From assembly GCA_003971905.1 (NCBI GenBank), contig RSEE01000101.1:124001-188000 (forward strand): DNA of 64,000 bases. The letters are read 5' to 3'. The notes under the pieces are model-generated. The model saw nothing but the letters and a program-made list of their open reading frames with translations, made no database searches and was not told where the DNA came from. The DNA is from Moniliella sp. 'wahieum'. Taxonomy: Eukaryota. How positions within the stretch are numbered: the stretch's first letter is position 1; each line of letters begins with the position of its first letter. This document shows, one piece after another, positions 48,908 through 61,421 of the stretch. Position numbers and translations under genes: made by a program.

Positions 48908-49195
48908 GGCGGTGGGGAGGCAGCGGTGGCGTGGGCTGGGCGGGCTGGGACTGGGCTGGGGCGTGCGCGGTGCGAAGGGCGGCGGGAATGCCTGCGGCCG
49001 AGCCCGAGCGCCGGCGGAATGCACTCCTTCGGGCGGCATTCCGCGCGGGCGTTACCTAAGGCGGGATTACGTACACCGGGGGGGTGGGTGGGGGGCGGAC
49101 GCAAGCAACGCGTCGCGCACCGCGCAGAGCCAAGCAAGCGCACAGCCGAACGAACGCCTGCGGGCCGAACACCGTTGAGCTCCACCCACGCCCAC

Positions 49196-51441
49196 ATGCC
49201 CGCCCCGCGCCTCGACCCCCCGCCCACTCCCAGCTGCGGCGCGTCGTCCTGCCCTCGTCGCCGCCGACGCCCCCGCCCCCCCCCACGCCCTCCGCCACAC
49301 TCACCGCCCCCATCGCCCAGCTCGCCGCCAGCATCCAGCGCTTCCAGGCCACCCACCTCGCCCCGCCGGCCCCGCGCCCGCCAACCCCGCCGCCGCCGCG
49401 CGCGACCTTGCCGAACGCCACCCGACCTGTCTCCCCCTCCCCGCAGCGCATTCAGCCTCGCCGGCGACCCGCCCCCCCTGCCGCCCTCGTCCGCATCGCC
49501 CCCCCATCTACGCCGACGCCCACCTCCGCACCGATGCCGACCCGCTCGACGACGCCCACACCCTTCTTCTCCCACCTCCTCGCCCAGCTCACCCAGCACC
49601 TCCCGCTGCCCGCGTCCTCCTGGCGCATTTCCACCCCGCACCACCCCTCCCGAAGCAGCTGGCTCTGCCAAGGCCATGGCCCAGTTCCTCGATCGTACGT
49701 CTCTGCTCCGAACCATCCTGACTTCCCGTACTGACATTGCCCCCCCGCCCCGCAGTCACTTGGACCAACAATCCCGACAATGCGACCCACCTCGTCTACC
49801 CCGCCGCTGACACGCCACCACCCAGCGCCTCCACCAGCGACCGCGCCCCTGTCGCTCTCAGCATGACCTGGCTCGAGACCAGTGTCGCACAAAATACTGT
49901 CTTGGACGTGGCAGACTACATGATTCCTGTGCGCGGGCCCAAACGTGCCACGCCCGATCATCCCGACCCGTATCCGCCATCGGACAAGCATGGACGCCAT
50001 CACGGTCCTCCTGTCCCCCTTTCGGGCGATGAGGCGATCGAGATCTTAGAAGAAACGGTGGCCCAATCCGCCCCCGAAGGCGGGTGGAAACTTCCTTCCC
50101 GAGCCCACTGGTTTTCTCTCGACTCGGTCCATCCCATCGAGCGCAAAGCCCTGCCCGAATTTTTCTCGGGCACGAACCGAAGCAAAACGCCAGCACTGTA
50201 CTGCAAATACCGTCGCTTCCTCGTGCTCACGTACCGACTCAACCCCGAAGAATACCTGACGCTCACAGCGTGCCGGCGAGTGTTGGCTGGCGATGTGTGG
50301 GGATTGATGCGGATCCACAAATTTCTCGACCTGTGGGGGGTGATCAATACCCAGGTGCCTGCCTCGCGTCGGCCACAAAAGTTGCAACCGGCGTTTACAG
50401 GTCACTTTCGTCTTCTCCTCGACACACCCCAGGGGCTGCGACCGATGGAGCCGGCTGCAGGCTCAGAATCCAAGGGTTCCCTCCCCCTTCGCACTGGCAT
50501 CTACCAGACGCGCACCACATCGGTCCCCATGGTCCGTGGAAGACGCTCAGTCGGTTCTTCTCGACCGCACGTGCCTTCCACCCCCAGCCACGTGCGATAC
50601 GTGTGGCACCGTCTGCGACGAACGGTACATTCTACTTGCTGTCGGACCTGGTCCAGTGTTATGTAGCACCTGCTACGCTGCCGCCCGCTTCCCAGCGCCG
50701 CTCAGGGCATCTGACTTTCTCCGTCTGCCCGCGCGCGAGGCGAGCGAAACGAACCAACGCGCATGGTCCCAGACCGAAACTCTCCAGTTGCTTCATGCGC
50801 TGCAGCAATATGGAACGTCTTGGACGCGCGTGTCAGGTAGTGGCTACTCGTTCGGCGCAGGAATGTGCACTTCACTTTCTCCAGTTGCCCATTGAGGACC
50901 GCTTCCTCCCCGCCTGCACGGAACGCGACGTGGTCACGAACGACTGGGCTGGACTTCGCTTGCTCTCCCGCCTGGCCCGCCGGAATTGGCACGAAGCGCA
51001 GCCCAAAAGGCGATTGCAGCGTTGGATCGGGCTGTGGCCAAGGACGAAGGGGAAGAAGGCAAGCTCAATGGTCATAGCAATGGCCATGGTCCAGCAAATG
51101 GGTACGAGGAACCAGAGACAATGCGTGCTGGTGACCCCGTCGTAACTGTATCTTCCTCTGCGGGGGCGCAAACGGACGAACCGCCGTGCCAGCGTACGAC
51201 GCTGCGTATCCGATCCACCGAAGAAGAACGTGAGACGCAAGCATCCTTCTTTGCTCTGGCACGGGCTCAGATGGATCGGTACGCAGCGCGAATGGAGCAG
51301 GTGGCAGCGTACGATGCGCGCCTGGCGGTCGAACGTCAAGTTTTGGCCAAACAAGAACGACAAGTTTATTCCCAACGCTTGCTCGTCCGCCAACGAATTC
51401 ACCAACTTTCTCTCTTGCTCCAACAACCTCCCCGCACCTGA
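49196..51441 (+). CDS. SWI/SNF or RSC core subunit, Swi3/Rsc8/SMARCC family (SWIRM, ZZ, SANT, coiled coil); intron 49695-49755; start uncertain
   Basis: SWIRM (WFSLDSVHPIERKALPEFF...TYRLNPEEYLTLTACRR...WGVIN), ZZ-like CDTCGTVC...CSTCY, SANT WSQTETLQLL...HFLQLPIED. Confidence 0.92.
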
Positions 51442-52356
51442 CTGCCTGCGGTCGGCAACGTAGTTGGCATCGTACCCCAACCCCCTGCTTAGCCCACCCA
51501 CCCCGACCCGGGCCTTGGGTTCTTCCCGCAGTCAAATCAGACTCGAACGGTTCGCTGGGGCACTGGCTCTGGCACTTGGCTCTGGCACGAGGGCAGGTGC
51601 ACCGTGCTGCGTGCTACGCTGCCCACGCCAAACAGCACAAATGGATCCTATGGTTCTTTTGGTTGGTATCAAGGGTGACATGGCGACATGTGACGAGGGA
51701 ACCTTCATTGAACAGACGGAGACAACGGTATAAAATAGTGGCCACAGTGCATTGAAGCAGTTGCGCACGGGAACGAATCCGCGCGCCAGCGCGCATCGCC
51801 GATCAATTGGGAGAGGGCAGGGAACCCTAGCACTACCCTCTAACACACTCTTCTATTGCGTTGTTTTCTTTTCGTCGCTGTCTAAAAGCAATGGTTTGTA
51901 GGTTTTCCCCACGGTCCACTGGCGTCTCCCCCTACTCTCCACGCCAATTGGATCAACCCGGTGGTACAGGCAACTCCTCCTCTTCGTTGCTCCTCCGTCT
52001 GCCGGCCTCGTCCTCCAGCTCCCGTCTTCAGCTCTCCGTCCCTCAAGACAACCTAGTTCACGTGTGCCTCCCAGGTGCCACGTCGACGTCCAGCTTAGTT
52101 CAGCCACGGGTGATCCCGCTTCCAGTCACGCCGCCCCCAGTTCCAGTCCAGATCCAGCTCTGGCAGGGTTTGTCCTCCACTCCCCCTCCCTGTCCCTGAG
52201 CCCGAAGGCTTCAGACACGCTCCTGCCGCCCAAGCTGGTGCTATAAGCAGTCTTGCCACACTTGCAGCCGCCCGAGCTATTAGTACTACACCAGCCACCA
52301 ACCGGCCCACCACCCTCGTGTCTCCATCCACACACCCTGCGGGATAGCAGACACGC

Positions 52357-53955
52357 ATGTCCAATCCCAACAGCAGTGCCACCTCGGCCAGCTTGCTGCC
52401 TGACAGCGGTCTGTCTGACGCAGAAATCGTCAATGTAAACCGCATGCTTGAGGCGTTCTTTGTTCTGGTGGCTCACCTGATTGTAGGAGGCCTGTTTCTA
52501 CACCCGCTCCGCAGTTCTTTGGCACGGGCACGCGCCAACTGGGCCCCCCGGAGCCTCACCCCTGCTGCTCCCCAGCAGGGCTTACCTGCTGTCCCCACTT
52601 CGGTCCTCCGTGTACTCATCCGCACGTGGAACGCTGAGGGGGTACGCGGCCTCCTACGCGGAGTGCGGTTGTGGACACTGCGTGCCTTACTCCTTGGCCT
52701 TCTGGAACCTGTTCGCCCACCCTTCGCTCATGCGACACCGTGCTGAGCTCGAAGCCTCCACCAGCTCCCTAACTTTGCCGGGCAACTTTACCGCCCTCAC
52801 CACGCACATCACCCACCCGAGCTTGACGCCATCCTAGTTGCTTTCCCTTCCACAACATACAACGATTTGTATATACACAACGGCACTGCCAAAATCCCTC
52901 CCATGTTGTCAGCATCCTGGATCAACATGACCCTCTGGCCTTATGCGGTGTCTGGAGAAGAGATTCCCAGAAGTTCACGAGGTGAAGTCGTGTTCGCGTG
53001 GAGGGTGACCGTGGGAAGGAGGCTGAGGAAGATCCAACAGGAAAAGGAACGATGGCACGTGCCGATATTTGGCGACGCATCTCTTCCTTTTCTCACTACG
53101 GTGGGTTTGGTCGTTTTCAACTTGGTCTTGCTCCCAATCAGTGTTATCATGACGCGGTTCGTCTCCCCCTCCGCTACAACAGCCGCTGAGACTGACAAGT
53201 GATCACTACAGCGCCTACCTCTCCACTCATGCCTTGCATGTTCATACTCCATGGAAGAGCCTAAAGTTGCTACTAACGGAGCGGGAACGCAAACGGCCCT
53301 ATCTTCTCTGGACGTTGCCCGGTGCAGCGTCCGCGTGGGCACTACACGCGTTGCTTTTCTCGTTTGTCGTACCCGTGGTGCACTACTGGTCGATGAACAC
53401 CGCCGAGGAATTTTTACACAGCCATATACCCACGTACGCGCGTCTGCATACCGCATTCAAGCAGGAACCCAGCTTCGGCATTCGTGCAGTTCTGCTGTTT
53501 GTGGTAACCAGCGTGACGTATTGGTTATGGGCCTTCTGTCTCCTTGCTATCGTCCCGCCCTTGGAGACAGCGATGGTACGATTGGCGAGTCAGGGGGCCC
53601 CGGAGCCCGAAGAGGACGCCCTGCAGATGCGCCGCAGGGATGGGGACGAAAGCGGGAGCGAGACCGAGTTTGACCTTACGACGGGTGCGGAGGAAGGCAC
53701 CCCGCTCCGCCCGGGCGTTGGGTGGAAGGAGTAGCTACTCCACCTGTTCCCAAGGCGGTCGTGCTCCGCACTGCGCGGCCTTACACTGGGCTATGGGACT
53801 GCATCGCTACCATGAGACGGGAAGAGGGATGGGGTAGTCTCTACCGTGGCTGGGGGCTGGCATTTTTCATTCTCTTTTTCAGTAATGGCCCCACGTTCAG
53901 CCGCATCATATTCCTAACAAAAAAACCACCCTCCTACTCCGTCCCGGCTTTTTAG
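52357..53955 (+). CDS. Membrane protein with degenerate mitochondrial-carrier-like repeats; exon structure uncertain
   Basis: RTWNAEGVRGLLRG, PLETAMVRL and YTGLWDCIATMRREEGWGSLYRGW fit carrier repeat signatures; several hydrophobic helices. Confidence 0.6.
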
Positions 53956-56899
53956 GGTAAAGCCTCGTTCCACCCTTCTATCGATGGTGTGCGACAGAAG
54001 AGGGTCCAGGCCTGCTGGCGACTCCACTGGTTTCCTCGCCCGTGACAATAGGGGTTGGATCGGGTTAAAAAGAGTCGAACAATACCACCATCATCCAGGT
54101 GCTGGTCAACTAAGTAGTAAAGCCACATTGAACTAAGTCAATTCAACTTTTTGTTTGGGAAAGGAGGCCTACAGGTCTCTAGTATACTACTACTAGTAAA
54201 ACCACAACATAGGGGGGAAAAATAACTGCACGTCAATGTGCAATAGCCATCTAATGATGACAGCTAATCCAACCGTCGAGAGACTGACGCCAAAACGGTA
54301 GTCCAAACGCACTTTGCGAGCAAGTAGCCCCCCACTGCACGCATCGCAGGCATCAGCTTCTCATCGCCGGCTTCACCACGGCTAAGCGACGGTCACATTA
54401 TCCCCTAAGCCCTAAGGCATAGTAGTAGCCCTCCCTTCAGTTTCACAATGGAACTTGAATTCACCTTTTCATGCTTCAAGCGCCAATATATAGACGGTGG
54501 GTACGTCGTGTGCATCAGCTGCTGTGGACATCCGAAGCAGAACTATAGGAGTGGTGTTGATTCTTCCAGTTCCCGCTTTGCATTCCGAGGTTTCATGCTA
54601 TTGACCGATTGTGTATAGACATATTATGGACAACTAACTACCATATATTGATGCGATCAAGTTGATGCGCGCGATAGATTACGTTGAGACGTGGGACACG
54701 TTGAACGTTGAGATCTGGGAGGTCTGAGATCCCTCCATATTGGCGCGTTCAACAAGTTCAACTATAATGCAGCGAAGATAACCATCGCCCACCGTCGCAG
54801 GCCGTCGCCCCCAAAAACTGTCATGGGCGGCGTTGGGTCCAAAAGAAGAGATCTGATCCAATCTAAGGCGCGCCTACTCTGCACATGCCCAGGAGAGCGC
54901 GCTCCCAAGTCCAACCTGGTTTGACGACGGTTGGTTGTTGGTTGAACGAGATGTACGGTGGCCCGAGGAGCCATGCGTCCGCGCGACAATCGTCGCCGAC
55001 GCCCAAGTGCATTAATACAAGTCGGATGGCCCCAATAAGGCCACCAAAAAAGGTTTCAGTATCTTTTTGCTACGACTGTCGCCTCCGTCCCCGTTTCCTC
55101 TTCCTTTCTCTGTTTTGCACCTGAGGCAATCAAGCCCTCTTTTAACATATCTTCCTTTCTACACCCCCCCTTGAATCCGTTTTCCTTTTTGATCGAGCCT
55201 GTACCCCTGTGGTTGATGCGGATCATTTCCCCCACACCTTACATTATGGTCTCCTCTCGTCCTCTCGTCCCTTCCCTTCTCCTTTTCCATCCAATTGATT
55301 CAGTACAGGCATCCTCCTCGTCTTAGCTCCCACTGTCTTTCCCGACCTCGTCCTCCAGCTCTCCATCCGTCCAGTCGCGCGAGCCTTCCTTCAGCCGCGT
55401 CGAGTCCCCGTATCAGCTTCTCGCGTGGGTTGCTTTCCAGCCACATGGCCAGCCGTCTGTGTCCAGTCTTACTAGCTCTTCTGGCAGTGGTTGTCCGTCA
55501 TTGCCTCCTCCCGTCCCTAAGCCCAGGAAGTTTCATAGTATATGTAACTATAACGGCCCACTGGTCGGTGCAGACGCAACCTTCTTGCCACACGTGCGGC
55601 CGCCTCGGCTTCGTGCCCAAATGCCTCTCTTCGTCCCTAGCTCTGCTCGATCCACCGACTAGCCCAAGCCCGAAACTACCCTGAGTTGACCTACCGTCTC
55701 GTGGGAATGTACCCCATAACCCTGGCGGCGCCCGCACCGTGACAAATACTTTCATCCACATCTCACTGCAGTGCTTCATGTGTGTGCTAGTATTCATTGA
55801 GCAGAGAGACCTTTTTGTGGTCTATACTCGTGAGATCTGGGATTAAGGGGCACAGAATGGGTGTAGAAGGAGAACGTTGGTAGGATGGGCAGGCGCAGAT
55901 CGGGGTGTGCTGGTACATATTAATACGTATGAAGGAGAGACTGCACGACTAGAGATCACAGTGCAGTGAGATAGGTCGATAAGGAGAGGAGCACAGAGTA
56001 ATGCCCTTCGGGGGATGGGGAAAGAATGGTATAACCGAGATGGGATGGCAGCGTGACCAGGCCGGCCCCGGTAGTAGCCCGATCTACTTGTTCCAGCCAC
56101 ATGTGAATGATGCCTGAGGCCTGAGGAGAATAGGACACGCAACGTAGTGTGGAAATGTGACATGTGTATGTTGGCCATATAATGTGCTGTCACACGCACG
56201 TGCCTGTCACCGCCATGTTCTCTCTGTATTAGGACGTGCTAGTAGAGGGAGTATAGGGGTTGGTCCGCTCATTACCTCTCCGATCTCAGCTACCTTCAAG
56301 CTTCAAAAGCTATAGGCAAGCTGCAACTCGCCGCGTGTCATCATGTCATCCACCTTCATCGACCACCGATCATCAACAAGCGGTCACTAGAGTATCGTGT
56401 CCAGCCGGCATGTCTCTTGCAGCTTCATCTTCTCTCGCCTCCCTTGCCTTTGCATGTGGACGTGAGACTGGTATTGGCATTCATTGTTACTTTTACTGCT
56501 ATATCAGTCTCTGTGTCCCTCTGCCTCTCCCTCGCCCTGTCCTACTAGTTCTTGGTAGTAATAACGCCCACACCTTTCGGCGATTCTTGGGCGACCCAGC
56601 TCAGTACAACAGTACGCTGTACTCAAGTGTGCTGCCCGCATTGTCTCCCCGCTTTGCGCTCGCAACGGTCTAGTTGGCCGCTTGGCCGTCGTCGTACACC
56701 GTCCTAGCCCCAGGGTTAATGCATGCAATGAAAAGCCATATATATGGGCACATGTGAATTCAACAGGCGCCAGCTACACTTTGACTTCCCCCACAAAAAG
56801 CTGCTGGTCGATGGTGGATCTGGGGACCCGAGTGCCCAAGCACCCAAGCAATGGAGAAACCCAAGATGGCGTGACCTCAAACCGTGCGACAGAGGCGGG

Positions 56900-58110
56900 T
56901 TACTTGGAGCTCATTTGCAATTTGCCTCCCGACAGGCCGCCAGTGGAGGAAGAAGTGCGACGCGAGCCCGGGGCCGAGGTGCCGGCTGGTCCCAACTTGC
57001 CCATCTTCATGCCTTCGTCCAAATTGTTGAGCAGGTCCATATCGTCCTGGTCCAGGTCAAAGTCAAACAAGTCGGCGTTGGCTTCGATGCGCGACTTGGT
57101 AAGCGATTTGGGCAGGATAATGTTGCCAATGTTCATGCCCCACTTGAGCAAGATCTGCGCGGCCGACTTGTTGTGTTTTTTGGCAATGGCCAAAATCTCC
57201 GGGCGGTCCAGGGCGGCACCCTGAGCCATGGGCGAGTAGGCTTGCACATGAATCCCACGCTCCATCGTCGCTTGCCGCAAATCGTCGTGCTGGAAAAAGG
57301 GATGCGACTCAATCTGGTTGACGGCGGGCTTGATCTGCGCATGGGCCAACAAATCGTCCAACTCTTCCACATCAAAGTTGGATACCCCAATCGACTTGAT
57401 CTTGCCCGCATATACAGCAGCTTCCATCGCCTTCCATGCCTCCAACCGCGTGTTCCGGTCGGCCCAGGCGAATGGAGTAGGTAGAGGTCCATATAGTCCA
57501 ACCCCAGCTTGCTCAGCGACTCGTCAATCGCCTCCGCCGCCCGCTCGTGGTCGGCATCCCAGAGTTTGGACGTGACAAAAATCTCTTCGCGCGGAGTGCC
57601 GGTGCGCTGGATAAAGTCGCGCACCGCACGTCCCACGGCCTCCTCGTTGGCATACCGAGCGGCTGGACAGAGACAAGGCGGGGAAGGGATGTGTATTGGT
57701 CAGTACATTGGCAACGCAAGGCAAAGAGGAAAACAAGGAAAGCAACCAATAGGCACGGAGCCTAAGCCGAGGAAGAGGAAGAAGAGGTGGGGGTGGTGGA
57801 TGTCGAAGAGGAGAAGAAGAGAAAAAGGGAAACACAACGTACCCGAGTCGACATGGCGATAGCCCGCCTCAAACGCCCATTTGACGGCATCCTCCGTGGT
57901 GGAATCGTTGGGGGCCTTGTACACGCCGAGGGCAACGACGGGGATGTAATGGCCCGAGTTGAGCTTGATCTTGGTGTCGGTGACCGAGGAGCGGCGGCGC
58001 TCGCCATCGAGCAGGCCTGGGCGGTTGGAGCCCTTGCGGTAGGCCTGGGGGGACTGGTCCTGGAAGGCCTTGTGGGCCTGGAAGGCAGCAACGTCGATCG
58101 TGTCGGTCAT
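56900..58110 (-). CDS. Aldo-keto reductase (AKR5-like); intron 57663-57842
   Basis: GYRHVDSAARYANE (spliced), [43 protein letters not shown] and LPKS motifs. Confidence 0.95.
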
Positions 58111-59495
58111 GGGGCAGCGGAGGAGGCAGAGGCAGAGGCAGAGGCGAGGCAGAGGCAGAGGTAGAGGAAGAGGAGGCGGTGGAGACGGCAGCAGAGAAGA
58201 CGAGAGCGGGGGAGGAAGAGGGGCTATATATGCGCGGGGGGGCGCTACTGCGGCGAAAGGGCCCGGCCAGCGCGACGGAGCGGAGGGGAAGCGTAGGCGT
58301 GGCGGTGCGCATGCACTGGCGCATGGCTGCAGGCATGCCTCCGTGCATGGAATGGTGGGCCGCAGCCAAGCAGCACGGCGCAGCTGCCTGTGGCGCTCTA
58401 ATCGGGCGCGGCCTGTTGATCCGAGCCTCGATTAACGATGGACGATTGCGGCCCAAGCGTAGCAGTGCGTACCCGCGTCCCATCCCGCACCCTTGCCGCG
58501 TAAGTTTGCCCCACAGTCCACGCCCCGCACCGCGCCGCTCTGGCCCAGCCGGCCGCCCCGATCGGGGGGGGGGCATGCCGTCCGCATCTGTCCGCATGCG
58601 TCCGCGGGCACACAGCACTGAGCCCGCTGTCTCTGGTCTGTCCCAGCAGCACTGGCGCTCACCGGCTGAGCACTGCATGACGTCGCCCCCCCCAACCCCC
58701 CGGGTGCTGCGCTGGTGCTGGGCCAGGCACACCGCACCGCCCCTGGACATGACGCGTGGCGCGTGATCATGCGTGCGCTCATCCATCCCACATCGGTCCC
58801 TGACGCGTGACGCCCGCACGGGGTGGCAACGCAGCAGCACCCGCCCAGTGGGGCCGGGGGCGCAGGGGGGGAGTGCGAAATGGAAACGCTGTTTGGGCCG
58901 CCCGTGCAGCTTGCAGCTTGGGGGGCAAGCACCGATTGCGATGCGTGGGTCTCTTGTGCTTGCCCTCAGCCAGAGCGCTGGTGCTGAGGCTGAGTGGCCC
59001 CCCAACCCAACCCTGCGGCGTGACGAGTACGCAGCCCTCGCTGAGGCTCAGCCTCAGCATCTCAGCCGTCGCGTTGGCCTACTGATAAAAAACACACTGC
59101 CAATGCGCCCATTGGCCCGTGCACACGTCCAGCCTCCCCACACAGCCTGCCCCCACTCGCCACATCAGATGACTCAAGAGCACTCTCACATGCCAAAAAC
59201 ACATGCGCCCCTCGCCCTCCGTCCGCTCGATCCCATCGCCTCATCTGTTGCCCTCCCACCCGAACAATAAGTCCTGCCCCTCCACCGCCCTCGCGTGTCT
59301 CGTGCCCAGCATCCGCAGCCCCAGCGCCAGCCTCAGCCTCCGCCTCGCTCCCACCCCCCAGTCAGCCTCATCTTCCTCATCCCACTGCCCATACAATCTC
59401 AGCAGGCCAGTATGCACCCCTTCTCGCGCTCTCTGCTCGCTCCTGCCCTCGGCGTGCTTCAAACTTGCTCAGATCCATTGGCTTGTCATGGATGC

Positions 59496-61421
59496 ATGCG
59501 CCCTCGAGCCACGTTACTCTCTGTGGCTGTAATCGCATGCGTGAGTGCTAGCTAACCAGTCAACAACCAATGTAAGAGAGAAGAACGATCCCATACCATG
59601 TCGTAAGCAGTGCTCGTGCCACTCTCCATCCATAGACGGTTCTGGATTCTTGCTTCGTTACCATTGTCGCAGCCACGCTTAGCCGGCACGAGAGTGGCTT
59701 CGAACCTGTCACACCCCGGCGAGGATCCCTTCGGTGGAAGATGAGTACGACGAGTACGACGAGCACGATGAGTACGCACCCAGATTTGAACCCCTCTTAT
59801 CAATCTTATCAATCACAGGACGGATTCCATATTACAATCTGCCTCAGCCAAACGCCTCTGTAGCCCCGCCGGGTCGCACCAAACTACCAAGAACCTCCAG
59901 AAACACTGGCACCAACTAGATTTCCAAATACTTTTGAGTTAGTAGATAAAACCCGAACCCATCGACTCTCATCAATTGAGATCGATCCCTGCGCTCATTC
60001 ATCCTTTTTTCTCTCACGGTGGCCTGATCCCATCCCCTCAGTTATTAGCTGCTGGATGAGTTAGATCTTTGTACGACACCCGTGCCCTTCCACCGGTTTT
60101 GCTCTCCTTTGAGCTATGGAAGTTCTAGCCCGTTCATGGTTCAGTTGCCACCGAGAACGTCGGGAAGACAGTCGGGGCAACGAAGGGGGGCAGAAGTTGG
60201 TGTCCCGTACCGCGGGCCGCGACGGATGAAATACTAATAAACGCGCCCCGGATCTCGCCCTGTCAACAACAAACTATATAACAAAACAACGTTTAACGGT
60301 TAAGTTACCGCTCCACCCTCCTACTGACCAAACAGTGTGGCTGAAAATCTATATATCTAACCTCTCTCTCTTACGAACCAATTTGTCGACCACATCCGAA
60401 GCAGAACTACAAGGACTTTCGAGATCCACCTAGAGGCATTTCCCGTTTATCGCGGCTGCAAGATGTCTTTTGTCACACTCTGGCGTTTCACCACAGAGAA
60501 TTTCTAGCGAGAAAACCCCATCACAGTGCAACAGGCCGAACAACAAAATCATTTATTACCAACAGTATTACTTATCGACGGACGCACCTCAGGCTTCAGA
60601 CCTACAAGGTCATGAAACTGGTATACTAATGGGGGGGAGTAATGATGTTAATGATGAGTGGCCATATGGGGTTTGGGCGGGAGTGAGTCTTCCTTTTATT
60701 ACTCCCATTTATTCGCCACATCTCTCGTATACTGTAGTGTATTAGTGACCACATTGTTGCAAAAGTGGTGACATTTGAAGCTGCGGTAGTAGGTCTAATA
60801 GTATGCATGCCAACAAGAAATGACAGAGTGAAGAACCGGGACCCAGGAATCAGGGGGAACCCTCACGTCACGCTTTGCCTGCCTCCTCGCCTCCTGCTCC
60901 AGCCAACGTTCTGATCCCTGGCACCGCCTCAGTATTTTCCACCAACCAATATATCTTCGGACCAAAACCCTACGATGCATCCGGATCGACTTATCTGAGA
61001 CATCTTTGTTGGAACGGTCAAAAATGGTGGACCAATTTTATCGTCATGCGCGTCATCGGCCTCCGGACCCGAGGATCGCCTCTCTCACTAGCACTGGTCT
61101 TCAACAAAGGTTGCTCTACTCGTAGCATTTTTTTGCAACGCTTGTTCAGACAGAGACACCTTACGCAGAAGAAACGAGGATATACCAAAGCAAGTATAAC
61201 TTCCGTAGTGAAGCTTACTAGTACTACTGAAGTAAGTACACCAAACACCACTGTAGTACTCCTTTGGACCATGTCCAGCTTGACTACTACGGAGGAACAG
61301 ACTGCATGGTGCTGGCAGACAAAAACGCATTGGATACTCGGGTCCCCACCAAAACATGGGCAGGGGGAGACAAATGCATCATGTGCAGATTTTGGATGAT
61401 GAATAACTACGACTGGTGGTA
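59496..61421 (+). other. Possible multi-exon lineage-specific secreted-protein gene or pseudogene
   Basis: Exon 59496-59540 plus intron 59541-59635 (GTGAGT...TAG) gives MRPRATLLSVAVIACTVLDSCFVTIVAA; further intron-like signals near 60298-60335 and 60683-60764. Confidence 0.3.

Noticed and set aside
29817..51441. Frameshifts in CBK1, SMC4, Lon, PHB1 and the Swi3-family gene read as pseudogenes or programmed frameshifts
   Set aside because: They hit nearly every gene, including essential ones with intact motifs, so long-read indel errors are the simpler explanation.
56774..56800. Hidden SKL peroxisomal signal at the AKR alternative end
   Set aside because: It needs two assumed indels; the sequence as given reads in frame to EVKV*.
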